DNA from: Kondoa subrosea
Taxonomy: Eukaryota
Reading direction: 5' to 3'
NCBI GenBank assembly: GCA_039545335.1
Contig: BCIN01000008.1
Coordinates: forward strand, 1,003,528 to 1,067,527
Length of the DNA stretch: 64,000 nt
Position numbers and translations under genes: made by a program
In this document: one piece after another, positions 36,768 to 49,800 of the stretch
Layout of the letters: each line of letters begins with the position of its first letter
How positions within the stretch are numbered: the stretch's first letter is position 1
The notes under the pieces: model-generated
The model's input: the letters and a program-made list of their open reading frames with translations, nothing else
What the model was told of the DNA's origin: nothing
The model's database searches: none

Positions 36768-39700
36768 ATGGAAATAGATTACAAAAGTCAAATACCTTTA
36801 TTAGGGCAGCTGTTGGAGTCTCTGGAAGCGAAATTGCTGCCTACATCAAGCTCTGATGTAGCACAACTCTGGCTTTCGGATTGTTTGAGAGACAAACAAC
36901 TTTTGCCTGAATTGGTTCTGGCGAGTAAGCCGCTCGTTCATTGGGCCTGGAAAGGCTCTGAAGGTCTGCATTAGCTGCCGAAGGACCTCTGAGAAATCTT
37001 CTTCTTCAAGCTCTATCTGGTCAGAAAGTATCGTTTCATCCTGTTGCCGATGCATTGCTTTCTCGTTTTGCAAGATGGTTCAATACTTCTCTTGCTCTTA
37101 TACGAGACGATCTTTCAACCCAAGATGATGTACATAAGATAGCGATAGCTTTTCCTCCGGCTGTTGCTTTAATTGACAAAATTGTCTATGGAAAAATCAA
37201 ACTACCTACAGCTACGCCAGTACCTGTAAGAGCGGCATATGATGAAGTGTCAAGCTCAGATAGCGAAACATCGGAAGCAGAGAGCGATATAGACTCTTCG
37301 GAAGAGGAAAGGAGGACGAGAAAGGAATTGATGGCTCCTCGGATTCAGGTCCAGGCGAAAATGAGTCAGAAAGAACGCAAAAGAAGAGCTGGGAATGGTC
37401 AAGGAGATACTGCAAATGGAAGTACATCTGGTTCTAATGCGATGAACGAGCTGAAGCGTACATTCGGTTATGGTAAGGTGTCGAACAAGCTTTCAAGTCA
37501 GCAGCTGATTCCCTCTTCAACAGCTAAATTGAATATTCCCACAACACCACTAGCCGCTATACGTCTAGCTGCCGAAATTGATGTTGTCAAGCGGAGCATT
37601 TTGGATGTATGTAAACTAGCTTGGCCGGAATCGGCGCTGATTTGATTGTCAAAAGAACATACTGAACAACGTGATACGTCGTGATGAGGTGATCCAGCAT
37701 CTCATTAAGACCTATTTTCAGCTATCCGTACTTCCTTCTGCTAATGAATCCACTTTGGATGAGCGGAACTCAAAGATACATCCTGGTCACAACGATCAAA
37801 AGAAGGTTTTAGACGTCTCTGAAGCTCAGAAGACCAAAGCTAACGTCCCGTTGGTATCCCAAAATCGCTCAGAGATTGATCCTTATTCTCTTTTCCCCTC
37901 GATTGCACCGTACAAAGCTGCTCAGCTCTTTTTAGAAGACGATCAAGCGAAACTGGGACCATGGCACATCTTCGTTAGCGGAAGAGCTATCTCCGATCTC
38001 AAGAATCTCCGCGATGAAGCTGCTCTGAAAATCGCTGTGAAGAAGATTGGAGACCTCAGTCGCGGTTTCTTCTCAGATGACAACCAGAAAGCTCTTACTG
38101 TCGCCTCTGGTTGCGTTCCTATCTTTGAAGCGAAAGCCAGTGGTGATATGAGAATCGTGTGGTCTGTCGATCTGCGAGAAGAGAGTAGAGAAGATACAAT
38201 TGATGGTCAAAAGCGCTCCGTTCAAGTTGTAAAGCAAATCATTAAGCTCTGGGCTGTTTCTACACACGCGCAAATTGATAATTCGAATTGGCAAGCTTTG
38301 GCCAAGCAATCTTCGACAAAATTACCAGAATATAGACGGAGGTGCAATTTCAGAGCCGAAGGTGGACGCCGGACGGGGGCAAAAGTCAACAATTCGTGAG
38401 CTTCTATCTCCTGCATTATAGCATTGCTGACGTTCAAGAAGTATTCCACCTTCCGAATGGCCCAAATTGACCGGTGAACCCGATCTTCTGCAAAGAAGTG
38501 ATGTTACTACTTCCAGGCTTTCAGATGAAGACCTGCTCAGCTTACACAACATGCTCGCGCTATCTAAATTCATTCCACTTTCCATTCATCTGCTTAAACA
38601 GATTGTTGCTTCAGATGACAGTATCGCACAAGTCTTCGACGTAGCTGCATCGGAAAGGGAGATCATCGATCACGACGGAAGTTTGTTCGTTATTGGGAGG
38701 CAAGTTTTCTTTCGCTCTTTAGCTCCTGATATTATTGCTGAAGGCGCAACCTAGATCGGGCTCTGGCAAAACTACTTGCATAACGTTCAGACTCTTCGGG
38801 ATTGAAAAGGCGTTCGATCGCCTACGCAAGAACGATCCTGATGCTGTTAAAGTTAGACAACTTTTCATAACGCAAAGTCGTAAGTCATATCGAATATTAG
38901 CTATATTTTTGGCTGACTCATTTCAGCTGTTCTGGCTGCTCGTGTGTCGTGCTGAGTTGTGGAGATTACTTACCACTCATCAGGTCTTGCAGGTATTCGG
39001 GAATATTACGACAAACTAGAGAAGGCCTCATCTCTTGCTCTCATGAACAAAGAAGAGTTGAAGAAGCTCTCCTCGACGAAAGAAAAACAAGGGCTGTACG
39101 ATATGGATGACAGCTCCTTCGATTCCGGCTTGCCGAATTCTTGGAGTGACTTGAAGACAAGCACTTTCCCTTATTCCTTTCCTATCCGCAGCTGGTGAGG
39201 CTACTCGAAGCAGACTTTGGAATACGACATGGTATCACTTCATCAGCTGCTCAAAAGCGAGCGATTGCAAAACGCTCAAGTTTGGCTGCCTCAACGCTGA
39301 ATCTATCGAATACCGAAGAAGTGGAGACGGCTGTCGTTGAAGAGAGTGCCGATTGGCAACATCATATCACCTTCGATGTCTTCGAAACACAATGGCAGCA
39401 CTTTGACGCAAGATTGACGGCTCGCCTCACCCCTGCTCTAGTGTTTGCCGAAATTTTGGGCATCATTGAAGGGTCAGAGGCCGCTGCACAGACAACTGAG
39501 GGGTATTTGTCGCGTGAGGCATACCTTGGGCTCTCTATTCGCGGGCATGGACTTCTTTCAGATCATCGAGACCGAATCTATTCACTTTTCGAATTGTACC
39601 GCCAGTGGAAAGCTTCCCGATTTGATTTCATGCAGCGGAACGAACCTTCACTCTTCTACAGCATTTGTCGCGAGCGAAAGCAAGGAAACAAGTCGATTTC

Positions 39701-42700
39701 TTATACGTGGATGAAGCACAAGACTGCCTTATGTCTGATCTTCAAATGCTTCGTCAACTTTGCTCAAATCCAAGGGGTTATTTCTTGGCTGGCGATACGG
39801 CTCAAACTGTTGCTCGAGGATCTTCTTTCAAGTTCGAAGAGCTCAAGGCTTCCTTCTGGAGATTAGAACAAGCCGAACCTCTGGTGCTCAAAGGAGCTCG
39901 GCAAGCAATGCATCCAGCTCAGTATCAGCTATCAATCAATTTCAGATCACATCAAGGAGTAGTTGGCTTGGCCAGCTCGCTAGTTGACACGATCATATAC
40001 TTCTTTCCCAACTCTCTAGATAAACTTGAACGAGAAAAAGGACAGACTGACGGTCCCAAGCCAATCTGGTATGCGCCTAAGGTGGATGATAATTCTGGTA
40101 GACAGTACGTGCGAATTCGTGAGATTTTATCTGAGCTGAGCATATCACACTAGCTTGGAGCACTTCATGCTCAATTCTAGCGGAAGCATCGAATTTGGAG
40201 CTGACTCGGTCATTTTGGTTCGAGATGAACAGTCAGTTTTTCATTGTCCATTATTTTCTGTTTTGAAGTCGCGGAAAAGAGCTAGAGAGAAGTTGAAGCT
40301 ATTGGTTGGCGATGCCGCCCTTATCTTGACCATATATGAGAGCAAAGGTCTAGAATTCGATCACGTGTTGATGTGAGCAGGAGAATAGTATGACCGTGAA
40401 ATCTATGCTAAGCTTGCAGCAGCTATCAATTTTTACAAGATGGCGCTGCTTCTTTTACCGATTGGCGAATCCTTCTTCGATTGCTGGAAGGCGAAGCTGC
40501 TGAAAATGCGCCGCGGTTTGATTCGACTCGGCATGCTATATTGTACGTCGCTTTCTTGATGCTGAGTTCCTGTCTAAGGCAACGCTCTTGCAGATGTCTA
40601 GAACTCAAACAACTCTGTAAGTATGCATTATATTCTGGTTCTAGGCTTGAATAGCTTGTTCACAGATGTTGCCGTCACTCGAAGTCGCAAAAACCTCTGG
40701 CTGTGGGAACCTGCCTATGATACACATCCATTACAGACTCTTTGGCTTGATCAAGACCTGGTCCGTATCTGCACTTCGGAAAAGGAACTCCCTTCCTTCA
40801 AAGGTGTGTCGCAGGCGTTGTTCTGTTCTGTGCTGAAACGACACCTAGGGAACTCTACACCAGAGCAATGGCTCGCTTTAGGGCAAAACCTTTTCAATCA
40901 AGGGTGAGTTTCAACCTCCAGCGCTTGTTTCATTGCTAAACTTCTTACTGGCAGAACTTGGGCTGCTGTCATCATCTGCTTTAGCCGTGCAGAACAGGAA
41001 GGCTATATCAAGATCACACTAGCTTATCAAGCACGCCATCAAGCTAGAATATTGTTCAAGAGCCAAACAAGCACTCCGGTTAGAGTGACATCGTCTTTCA
41101 TGAATGCTGGGTACGAGCTTTTTGCGCTGCCTCGTTTGTCTCGCTGATCGATTCGTCGCAGTGATCTCTTCGTTGAGGCTGCACAGGCGATAGGAGCAGA
41201 GGATCAGAGACAAAGGAAAAGTCTGTGGGAGGCAGCTGCCCCTTGCTTTGATTCTGCTGGTCCTTCCGCTCTGACCAAAGCAGCCTATGCTTGGGAGCAA
41301 GCTGGCAACTTCGAAAATGCTGCATCCCGATATCTTAGAGATCGGAACGTCGATAATGCTGTTAGGCTCTTAAATCAGAGGCGCAGCGAAATCTCTGAAG
41401 ACCTCATCGAAAACATTCAATTCCAAGGTTCGATGATCTATGCAAACGAGCGCGCGTACATGAAACTCTTGTCCATACACCGAACTCCGCAAGCTGTTGT
41501 CGATTGGCTCAGGGAATTCGATTTCAATGCTGAATTGGTTCCCGTGCTGGAAGCGACTGGCTCGTTCGCCGAAGCTGCTGCAATTGCAGAAGAACAATCG
41601 AACTATACTAGAGCAGCCAGACTTTACAGCAAAGTGGATTCTGATGCTTCCCGTTTGTCTGGACTGATTTGTCATGTCAAATCTGCATGGGCCCGACTTC
41701 CAATTCCCGCCCTAGACATTCGCACGGAACTCGACTTTCCGATAGTCATACAAGCGCTGAAGGGTGTTGAAGAGCTGCAAACGAAGCTCACCACAGTGCC
41801 TCCGGCTGTTCTGATCCAAGTATGTACTTCTGCATGTGAGCTTACTAATCACACGCTGACACAAGACCATAGATCGACCTTCTACACGGCTTGCTGCACA
41901 AAGATGCGGACACTGTCAGAGCAATTTTACCTCGCCTCTCTAATGCGCAACTCCCTTTAGCTCAATTTCATACTCTGGACTTCCTTTCTCGAAGCGAATT
42001 TCGTCTTCTTGATCAATCAAATGACGCTTATCTCATCAACATCCGTACATTGAAACACTACATTCGCGATGTCCGTTTTTTCACGGCCAGCTTCTACCTC
42101 GACTCTTTGTCGGAATCTGCGCAGATGGCTCTTGGTATTACTCTGGACTCAGCTGGCGATGCGCATCTTGTCACAGTTGCTACGTACTCGCCATTGTACA
42201 GTGCAGCAAAAGATTTGATGTTGCTGAATCAAGCGCATCAGGCTGTTGATTCTGATCAAATAGTGGTGAATTGGGACTTTCTGAGGTCATCAGCTTTTCT
42301 TTTCTTTATCAAGCGAATCAATACAAGGACATTGGCTCTCTATTCAGCTATGCGAAGATCATCTCTTGTCACGTCGCTGCCCTCTACTGCTCAAGATATC
42401 GGCGAAAGCATGGATGTGGTTGTGGAGATGTACCACTTCTTGTGTGATGTACGTGCAATGTACAAACACAGCTCGGCAAGCTCGAAGAGCAAAAGCTATG
42501 ATAGGCTGTACACGCTGCCAAGGTGAGTAATGTTCTTGCGATAGCTTCCCATAGCACTTATAAAATAAGGTTCAGCGAATGGCTGCTCGGAGCACAGCAC
42601 ACACTATTTCCGTCGAAAATTGATGTAGCAGGCGTGCGGGAACTTGATCCAGAGTATGTCAAGAATTGGAAGAAGTTGGCTAGGTGAGCTGGCGATTAGA

Positions 42701-44765
42701 GAGAGTTATATTCACGCTGATTTGGATGGCAGGATTTTCCAAGGACTTGCCTCCGATAGGCTTTACGACCTTGGCACAGACTTTCGACGACGCGATCTTC
42801 TCTCAACCTGGCTCACTTTCAGCATGTTATCTTGTGAATTGTCTATTGGCATACAGATGGAGTCGTTCTCCTCATACGCGCCGAAGTTACCGATTGCGGC
42901 TACACTATCCGCTCCTCGTAGTCTAAGGCGTGGTCCACCTCAACAGCAAAGGAATGTGCTTCAAGACCATATCTTTTACATACAAAACGCCTCTCGCGGC
43001 GTACTGACTGCGAAAGTGATTTCAGAGAGTCTTGAATTTGCGCTGTATGTAAAGTACAAGGTGCTAGGATTGCGCTAAAAGAATCTCAGGCATCTTGCTC
43101 GTCCCAATTACGGTGAACTTTTCAGGGTTGATGGCAACATGCTCATGCACTACGTCGAGAGGTCGGTTCGATGCTTCGAGTAATGCTCACCGACACTGAT
43201 ACTGCTGATACTGCTACCTGCTACAGCATTGCTCCGTTTATTATTAGCGGAGTTCGATCCAGCTTGGCCGCTTTCCAGAAACTTCCGGGAAAAGGCTTTA
43301 CAGATCTTCTGCTACCTTTGTCTGCCATGCGGAGTCTGGTTATAAAACATCTTTACTCGCACAATCAGGCCAACTTTGGGCACATGCATGGTCCTTTTCG
43401 GCTGCTCGAAAATATAGCAAAGTCTTTGCAAGATTCAGATGCTATCTGGGCCCATCAGCCTCAAGATAATCTCTTGTTACTTCAACGAATGTGAGTGAGC
43501 AGCTCTGAATACCAATCTGTACGCTGATAGTCTGCTTCAGATCCGTGCTGACGGCCGTCAGTAAGTCAAAATATACCAATGCACTAGTGCCTGGTCTGAT
43601 GAAACCGTAGGTGCATATAATGTACAATTCTTTCGCAGACAGGCATCAATTATGTGGAATTTGGTCAATAAGCAGATTTCGCCGAATCGCCAATACAAAC
43701 CCACCTGGCCAGATGTTGAAGAAGATCTCACCATCATTGCAGCATCTTTGGCAGGTTCGGTTGCTCGATTTGTTCAGATAAGAATCGGTTCAGCGGCAAA
43801 TCCAGAAGCCGACTTACCTAGCACCGAAGTCATCAGAGTCGATAGTATTGGACAGCTACCTGGTGTACTATCTCCTGGCTTTGCTGCATTACTTTCTACT
43901 TCGCCTTCTTCTTCTGTTCTTGACAAAATCTCCCAATCAGACGCAACAGCGACTCGAACCATTCGTTCGACAAACAGATACGAGGCCATACAACCAGTAG
44001 CTGATGAAAGAAGCCAGAAAATGGAAGAAGACGACGAGGCGTTGCAGGAGATTGCATTGGTTGTCACACCTGCAATGGAAGAAGCAGCTAAGCGTCTTTC
44101 GAAATGGTACAAGAGATACCTGCAGAAGCAAGCGAAACAGGCTGGAATGGACGAAAATACTAGACTCACTCAAAGTATTCTTGCCAAGATGACATCTGAA
44201 ACCCAAAAAGCCTCATTGCCCGTCAGATACCGGTTCATACTTCTTGGTCCAGTGATCCATCTGATTGCTGCTCTACAAAAGCTTGAAGAAGAACACGGTC
44301 AGCGCAAGCGTAAGAACAATCTTCTAATGAGAACAGCAATCGGCGACGATATGACTTTGATGCAAATCAGAACTAAGGCTTTGAGGTCAGCACCAGCCTT
44401 ATGCTGCGGCTTATATCTCTGACAATGTCTGCAACAGTGCTCAGCGCAAGGAGCTGAACCGTCTCAAGCCAATACTCAAATGTGAGGTACTGGCTGAAGC
44501 ATTCGACATGGAGCAAATCAAAAGCTATACTTGTTCGACCTTTCGCTTGTTCGATAGCTTCGATCACGAATCCTTCTCTGGTCCTTCTACTCGCAAGGAT
44601 CTACTTCAGAATCTCCAGCTCGCTCATCGTGGTATTGTGGATGTTGCGCTGCCTCGAATCGCAAAGCCCAAACCTCCTAAGCCTTCCAAACCAGCACTCA
44701 ACACAAGATCAGAACTTGATGAAGATTTGTATGATGATTATTCGGACTCAGAAGAGGAGCTTTAG
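36768..44765 (+). CDS. TRANK1/LBA1-like large SF1 (UvrD-like) helicase with TPR region and RelE/ParE-like domain; two apparent frameshifts
   Basis: Walker A GR|SGSGKTT, RQLFITQS, Walker B LYVDEAQD, LAGDTAQTVARGSSFKF, NFRSHQG, FGADSVILVRD, ILTIYESKGLEFDHV, YVAVTRSRKNLWLWE, then TPR-like helices. More than 15 introns. Confidence 0.85.
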
Positions 44766-45019
44766 GACACGACTCATTACAGTGCAATATGAATCATGAT
44801 TCTGAATGCTTCTCGCTCTTTTCCGCGGAGTCGTACATGTTCCGCGGTTCAGACCATACGGCTCACATCGATGCTTAGCACTGTGCCTATCTTGTAGCCC
44901 TGCGACTTCTTTGCGAACCTCACGTCACACTTAGTCGGGTTTGAAGCCGGTTCCTTGCGTCTTTGAATTGCGAAGGTTTGAGGTCTTCCTCTCACAACCT
45001 CTTTTTCATATAGTCAAGT

Positions 45020-46442
45020 ATGGATATTACAAAGACACACTCTTCTCACATGCCCAGCAGTACGTCCATGCACTGGTCTTGCTCTGTAAAGCAATAGTGA
45101 CGTTTGTATCTTTACAGTGACCTCTCATTTGCCTACGCCTAACCATGGCCTTGAGACTGCCACTGAATCAGGCCACAACGTTCTCTGGGTCGTCTTCGCT
45201 GCCATGTTGCTCTCGTGAGTCCCGCAATGCAAAGTCCGAATCGGTAAGAAGTCTAATCTTACAATGTCTCTGCGTGCCCAGAACTGCTGTATTCTTTGGT
45301 CTCTCATTCCGCAGAGCCAAGCGAGACAGACTCTTCTTCTACCTCACTGGCTTGGTCACCATGTTTGCGGCCATTTCATACTACTCCAGTAAGCTTTCAA
45401 ACCCGATTTACAAGATCGATAGCTTATCTAGAATTCGTTCAGTGGCTATTGGTTTCGGCACTACCCTCATCCCTGCTCGCGGGCCCAAACATGTCGGTGT
45501 TCACAACTTCCGCGAAGTCTTCTCTGCCAGGTCGGTCACAGCCGCTCCATTTTGTTGTATGCTCATTCTCATTTCCCTTGGCGTTTAGGTACTTCGACTG
45601 GATGTATGTCATGAGCCGTCTCCGGTAGCAGCTCCGTATGCTCACCTCTTTTCTCTCTGAACGCCATAGGGTCACCACTCCTCTATTGTTGCTCGATTTG
45701 GGTTTCTTCGCTGGCTTGGCTCCAATTGACCTGATCTTGGTCGTCATCGCTGATGTCCTCATGGTCGTCACCGGTTACTTCGCTGGCATTACTCACGGTC
45801 TAGCCCACCGCATGGGCTTCTATGCCATGTCTTGCGTCTTCATGCTCGTTGTCGTCAGTATTTGGATATCTTTCATTTGTCAACCAGTCATCTAAATTTT
45901 TTGAGACAGTTCGGTATCCTTCTGGTCAACGGTAGCTCAGCTGCCAAGGCCCGCGGTGACAAGGTCAAGAACGCCTACTTCATCCTTATGATGATGAGTC
46001 AGTATCCGTTTTTCTTAGTTGAGATCGTCTTACTCATTGTTCTCGCTCAGCTATCGTACTCTGGACCGCTTATCCAATTGTATGGATGTTCGGAGAAGGG
46101 CTCAACGTCATTCGTCAGTCTTTCCAGTTTCAAATAGGGCAAAGCTCATTTCGCAATGTAGACTCTGACACCGAAATCTACCTCTACACCGTTCTCGATG
46201 TTCTTGCCAAGCCTGTGAGTTTAATCAATGTTCTCCCATTTGGGCTCACCGACTGATCTTGCTCTAGGTATTCGGTGCTCTTCTTCTCTCCTTCCACGGC
46301 AAGATTGAAGAGATGGAAACAAGCCTACCTGCTTGGGTAAGCCGACTACTTGGTATTGCGACACACTGCTAACATCCATTCTTAGTTCGTCGAACCTTCT
46401 GCTGGAGGTGAATCTTACAGCATCTTGCCTCAACACGAATAA
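45020..46442 (+). CDS. Microbial (type I) rhodopsin, DTD motif, retinal-binding Lys present
   Basis: Spliced helix C RYFDWMVTTPLLLLDL; helix D ADVLMVVTG; helix F LWTAYPIVWMFGEG; helix G YTVLDVLAKP|VFGALLL. Confidence 0.9.
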
Positions 46443-46820
46443 GCGATAACAGCGCCAATCGACTAATCAGCTCGCTTTGGATCTGGAAGCAGAGCATTAT
46501 GAAACAGTTCAAGTGAACGACAGTAATGAAGGATGGAATTGAGTTATTGTATTATACACCTACGATTGCAAAACATGCTCTCTTTTAGTATCGTTACTAC
46601 CTTCTCGTGCTACTGCCCTGCTGCCCTGCTTTGGACTTTCTTGCGCTGACTTTGAGGGTTTGTCCAAACAACGGCTCAATTGTTCAAATTCGCCAGCTTG
46701 AGTCTGCAGCTCGGTAAGGCCTAGCATCAACTACTGCAGCGAAGTATTTCTGAGGCAAAATTACAGCCCAAATCTGCATGATTGCACCCAGCTCACTTGC
46801 ACCAAATTGAAAAAGCAGCA

Positions 46821-49800
46821 ATGGCTAGGCCTAGCTCTCCCGAAGCAGCTAGGCGCCAGTCTTTGCGTGCTAGCGGCTCCTCACTCTCTCCTGCCGTCCC
46901 TTCCTCAAGCAGAGAAGCTCAAATAGCAGACAAGCTGCTGAACGAGCAAGACATCCATGTTCGCCTTACTCTGGCTGTGGAGATCAGGGATTCTGTAGAT
47001 TCCTTTCGCGAGACCGACTACAAGTCCTTTGTCGACACTGTTTTGCCTGCAATCATGTCAATTTTCAGAGCTGGTCCAGTATCTCTTTTCGCTGCAACAC
47101 CAGAACACAAGTTTCGAGTGACTTTGATGGAAGCTATACATCGTCTAGGTCAATCTGAACCACTCAAATCGCATGCTCTGGAACTCATGAATCTTCTACT
47201 CTACTTGCTGCGAAACGACAACGAAGATATTGCTTCGACCGCTATGAAGATCATCATTGATTTGCATCGTTCGTTTAAAGAAGTACTCTCTGGAACAGTG
47301 GAAGAATTCTTTACTATCGTCAAGGATTATTATCGTGGCATGGAAGCTGTAGTAACGAATCTTTTTCCAGCAAGCGATATTAAGAATGGTGAAGAACCTG
47401 TTGAAGCACCCACTACTCCAGCTTTGACTGCTTCCGGATCAATGCAACCCGCAACCAATAACACTCTTTTACCAATGGCCACTCAATCTTTCAAAGTCGT
47501 CAGCGAATGTCCAATAGCTATCGTCTTTCTCTTTCAGACCTATCGAGATGTGGTTCCGACTGAAACTAAGATCTTTGTTCCTATCATTTTCAACTTCTTG
47601 CAAATCACTCCGGCAGCCCAATTCCAAGCTCATCAAGAAGCGGAAGCAAGAGGCGAGATTTATACTGGCGTTGCACCTGCTCTGGAAGTCAAGCGAAGTC
47701 AATTTAACGAACTCCTCAACGCTCAAGTTAAGACCATGTCCTTCGTCGCTTATGTTCTTCGAGTCGCTTTCACCGCTTTGAACAATTATAGAACCGTCTT
47801 ACCAAGCATCATTGTTCGCTTAATGAAAGATATGCCAACTGAAGCCGTAGCAACAAGGAAAGAACTCATCGTCGCTCATCGCCATATCTTAGCAACTGAT
47901 TTTCGAGCTCACTTCATCCCCTATATCGACGTTCTTCTCAATGATCGGGTTTTAATTGGTACTGGTACGACTTCAAACGAAACTTTACGTCAAACTGGTT
48001 ACTCTACAATGGCGGATATGATCCATCATGTTCGAGCGGATCTCAACATCGAACAAATTTCAAGAGTTATTCATACTTTCTCTTGCCATCTTCATGACAA
48101 CACCCTCAATTTCGCTATTCAAACTATGGGATCCAAACTTCTTCTGAATCTCATCGGTTCTATCATTGTGAAGGACAGGGAAGTGGCAATTCAACTCTTG
48201 AATCGGATATTGGAAGTCTTTATCTTGAAAATTGAAAGCTTGGCAGCTTGCAAAGATGATTGGGATAAATGGGGCAGACCAAAAAGATCGTACAAGAGGA
48301 GAAGTGCAGAAGAGGTTGGAGGTGGTGGAGAAGAAGGAGGTGATCAAGAAGGAGAAGAAGAGAAGGAGTTTGACGAGATTGATTTGGAAAGAAGAAAACC
48401 TATTGGAGCTTTGGTTTGCATGTCAGCGGAACATGGTGCGGAAGCTTTGAAAGGTTCGTCTTATTGCTTTTATTTTCCAAGTAGGCCGACTTGCTGATCT
48501 ACATTGTAGATGCACGGACTCTGCTGCGAAATCTCATTCATGCCCTCAAGGCTGTTCTCTCGGCCTTGAAACATGTACACGGCGCTCCTCCAGACGCAAA
48601 ACAGATGGGCCGACTCTTCATTTCCGGTATGAAATGCATGTCCATGTTTGATCATCTCAAAGGACTCGGCGACAAAGGAAGAGTCGAATTGAAAGAAGTC
48701 ATGGAACCTTTCGCCGAACTCTTTACCCAAACCGATCTCCTTATCTTTCAAGAAATCTTCGAGAATCGCATGCAGCTCTTTCTTGATGAAGTTTGTGCAA
48801 ACGGTGAATTACTTCTTATCGCTCAATTCCTACTTTCGCACAAAGAATACTCGCATGCTTTTGTCAATATTCTGCTCCGATTCTTGGTCAGTCTTCTCCC
48901 AACGATTGGCAATCGATCAGAACATACTGCTTTGATTCTCGTTCGTCTCTACAAAATGAGTTTCATGGCAATCACAATCTTCCCTGAAGCAAACGAAAGC
49001 ACTCTTCTTCCGCATCTCACCCACATAATCATGCAGTCACTCAAACTAGCAAGTCAAGCAGAGAATCCAGTACACTACTACAATCTTCTTCGGTCTCTCT
49101 TCCGCAGTATTGGTGGTGGTCGCTTTGAAACCCTTTATCGCGAAGTATTGCCTTTGCTGCAAGTCATACTGGAACAGCTCAATGCCCTACTCAATGCAGC
49201 CGACCGATCGAAACGAGACTGCTTTGTCGAACTTTGTCTGACAGTACCAGTCCGACTCAGTGTCCTATTACCAAACCTCTCGTACTTGATGAAACCTCTT
49301 GTCTTGGCTCTTGAGTCAGGTAACGAACTCGTCACGCAAGGTTTACGCACTTTGGAACTCTGCGTGGACAATCTCACTCAAGAGTTCCTCAATCCACTCA
49401 TGGCACCGGTCATTAACGACGTGATGACTGCTCTTTGGAAGCTCCTCAAGCCACTTCCAGCGAATCAGCATTTTTCTCATCAGACTTTGCGAATCCTAGG
49501 TAAAATCGGTGGTAGAAATCGGCACATCCTTGGGCCGCTCAAACTTAAGTGGCAAGCAGTCGGGGAACAAGCTATGATCCCTATCTACTTTGATCAATCA
49601 GCACAAGGTTTGCCTATGGGTCCTGTAGCGGATCTGGCTGCTAGAACTCTCAAAAGAGGGGACATCTATTATCGAGGTCAAGCTTTTGCCTTCTTTAAGA
49701 GTGCAGCAACGTGCTTTATCAAAGAGGTATGCTCCCTTGGACATGAGCCGAGTCGTTGCTTATATGGTCTCTAGTCACCAAGCACTGGAGAATCGGAAGA

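Noticed and set aside
36925..36974. Apparent frameshift/stop near the start of the helicase gene
   Set aside because: Explained by a phase-1 intron GTAAGC...CATTAG that restores the frame (LVLA|TAEGPLRN).
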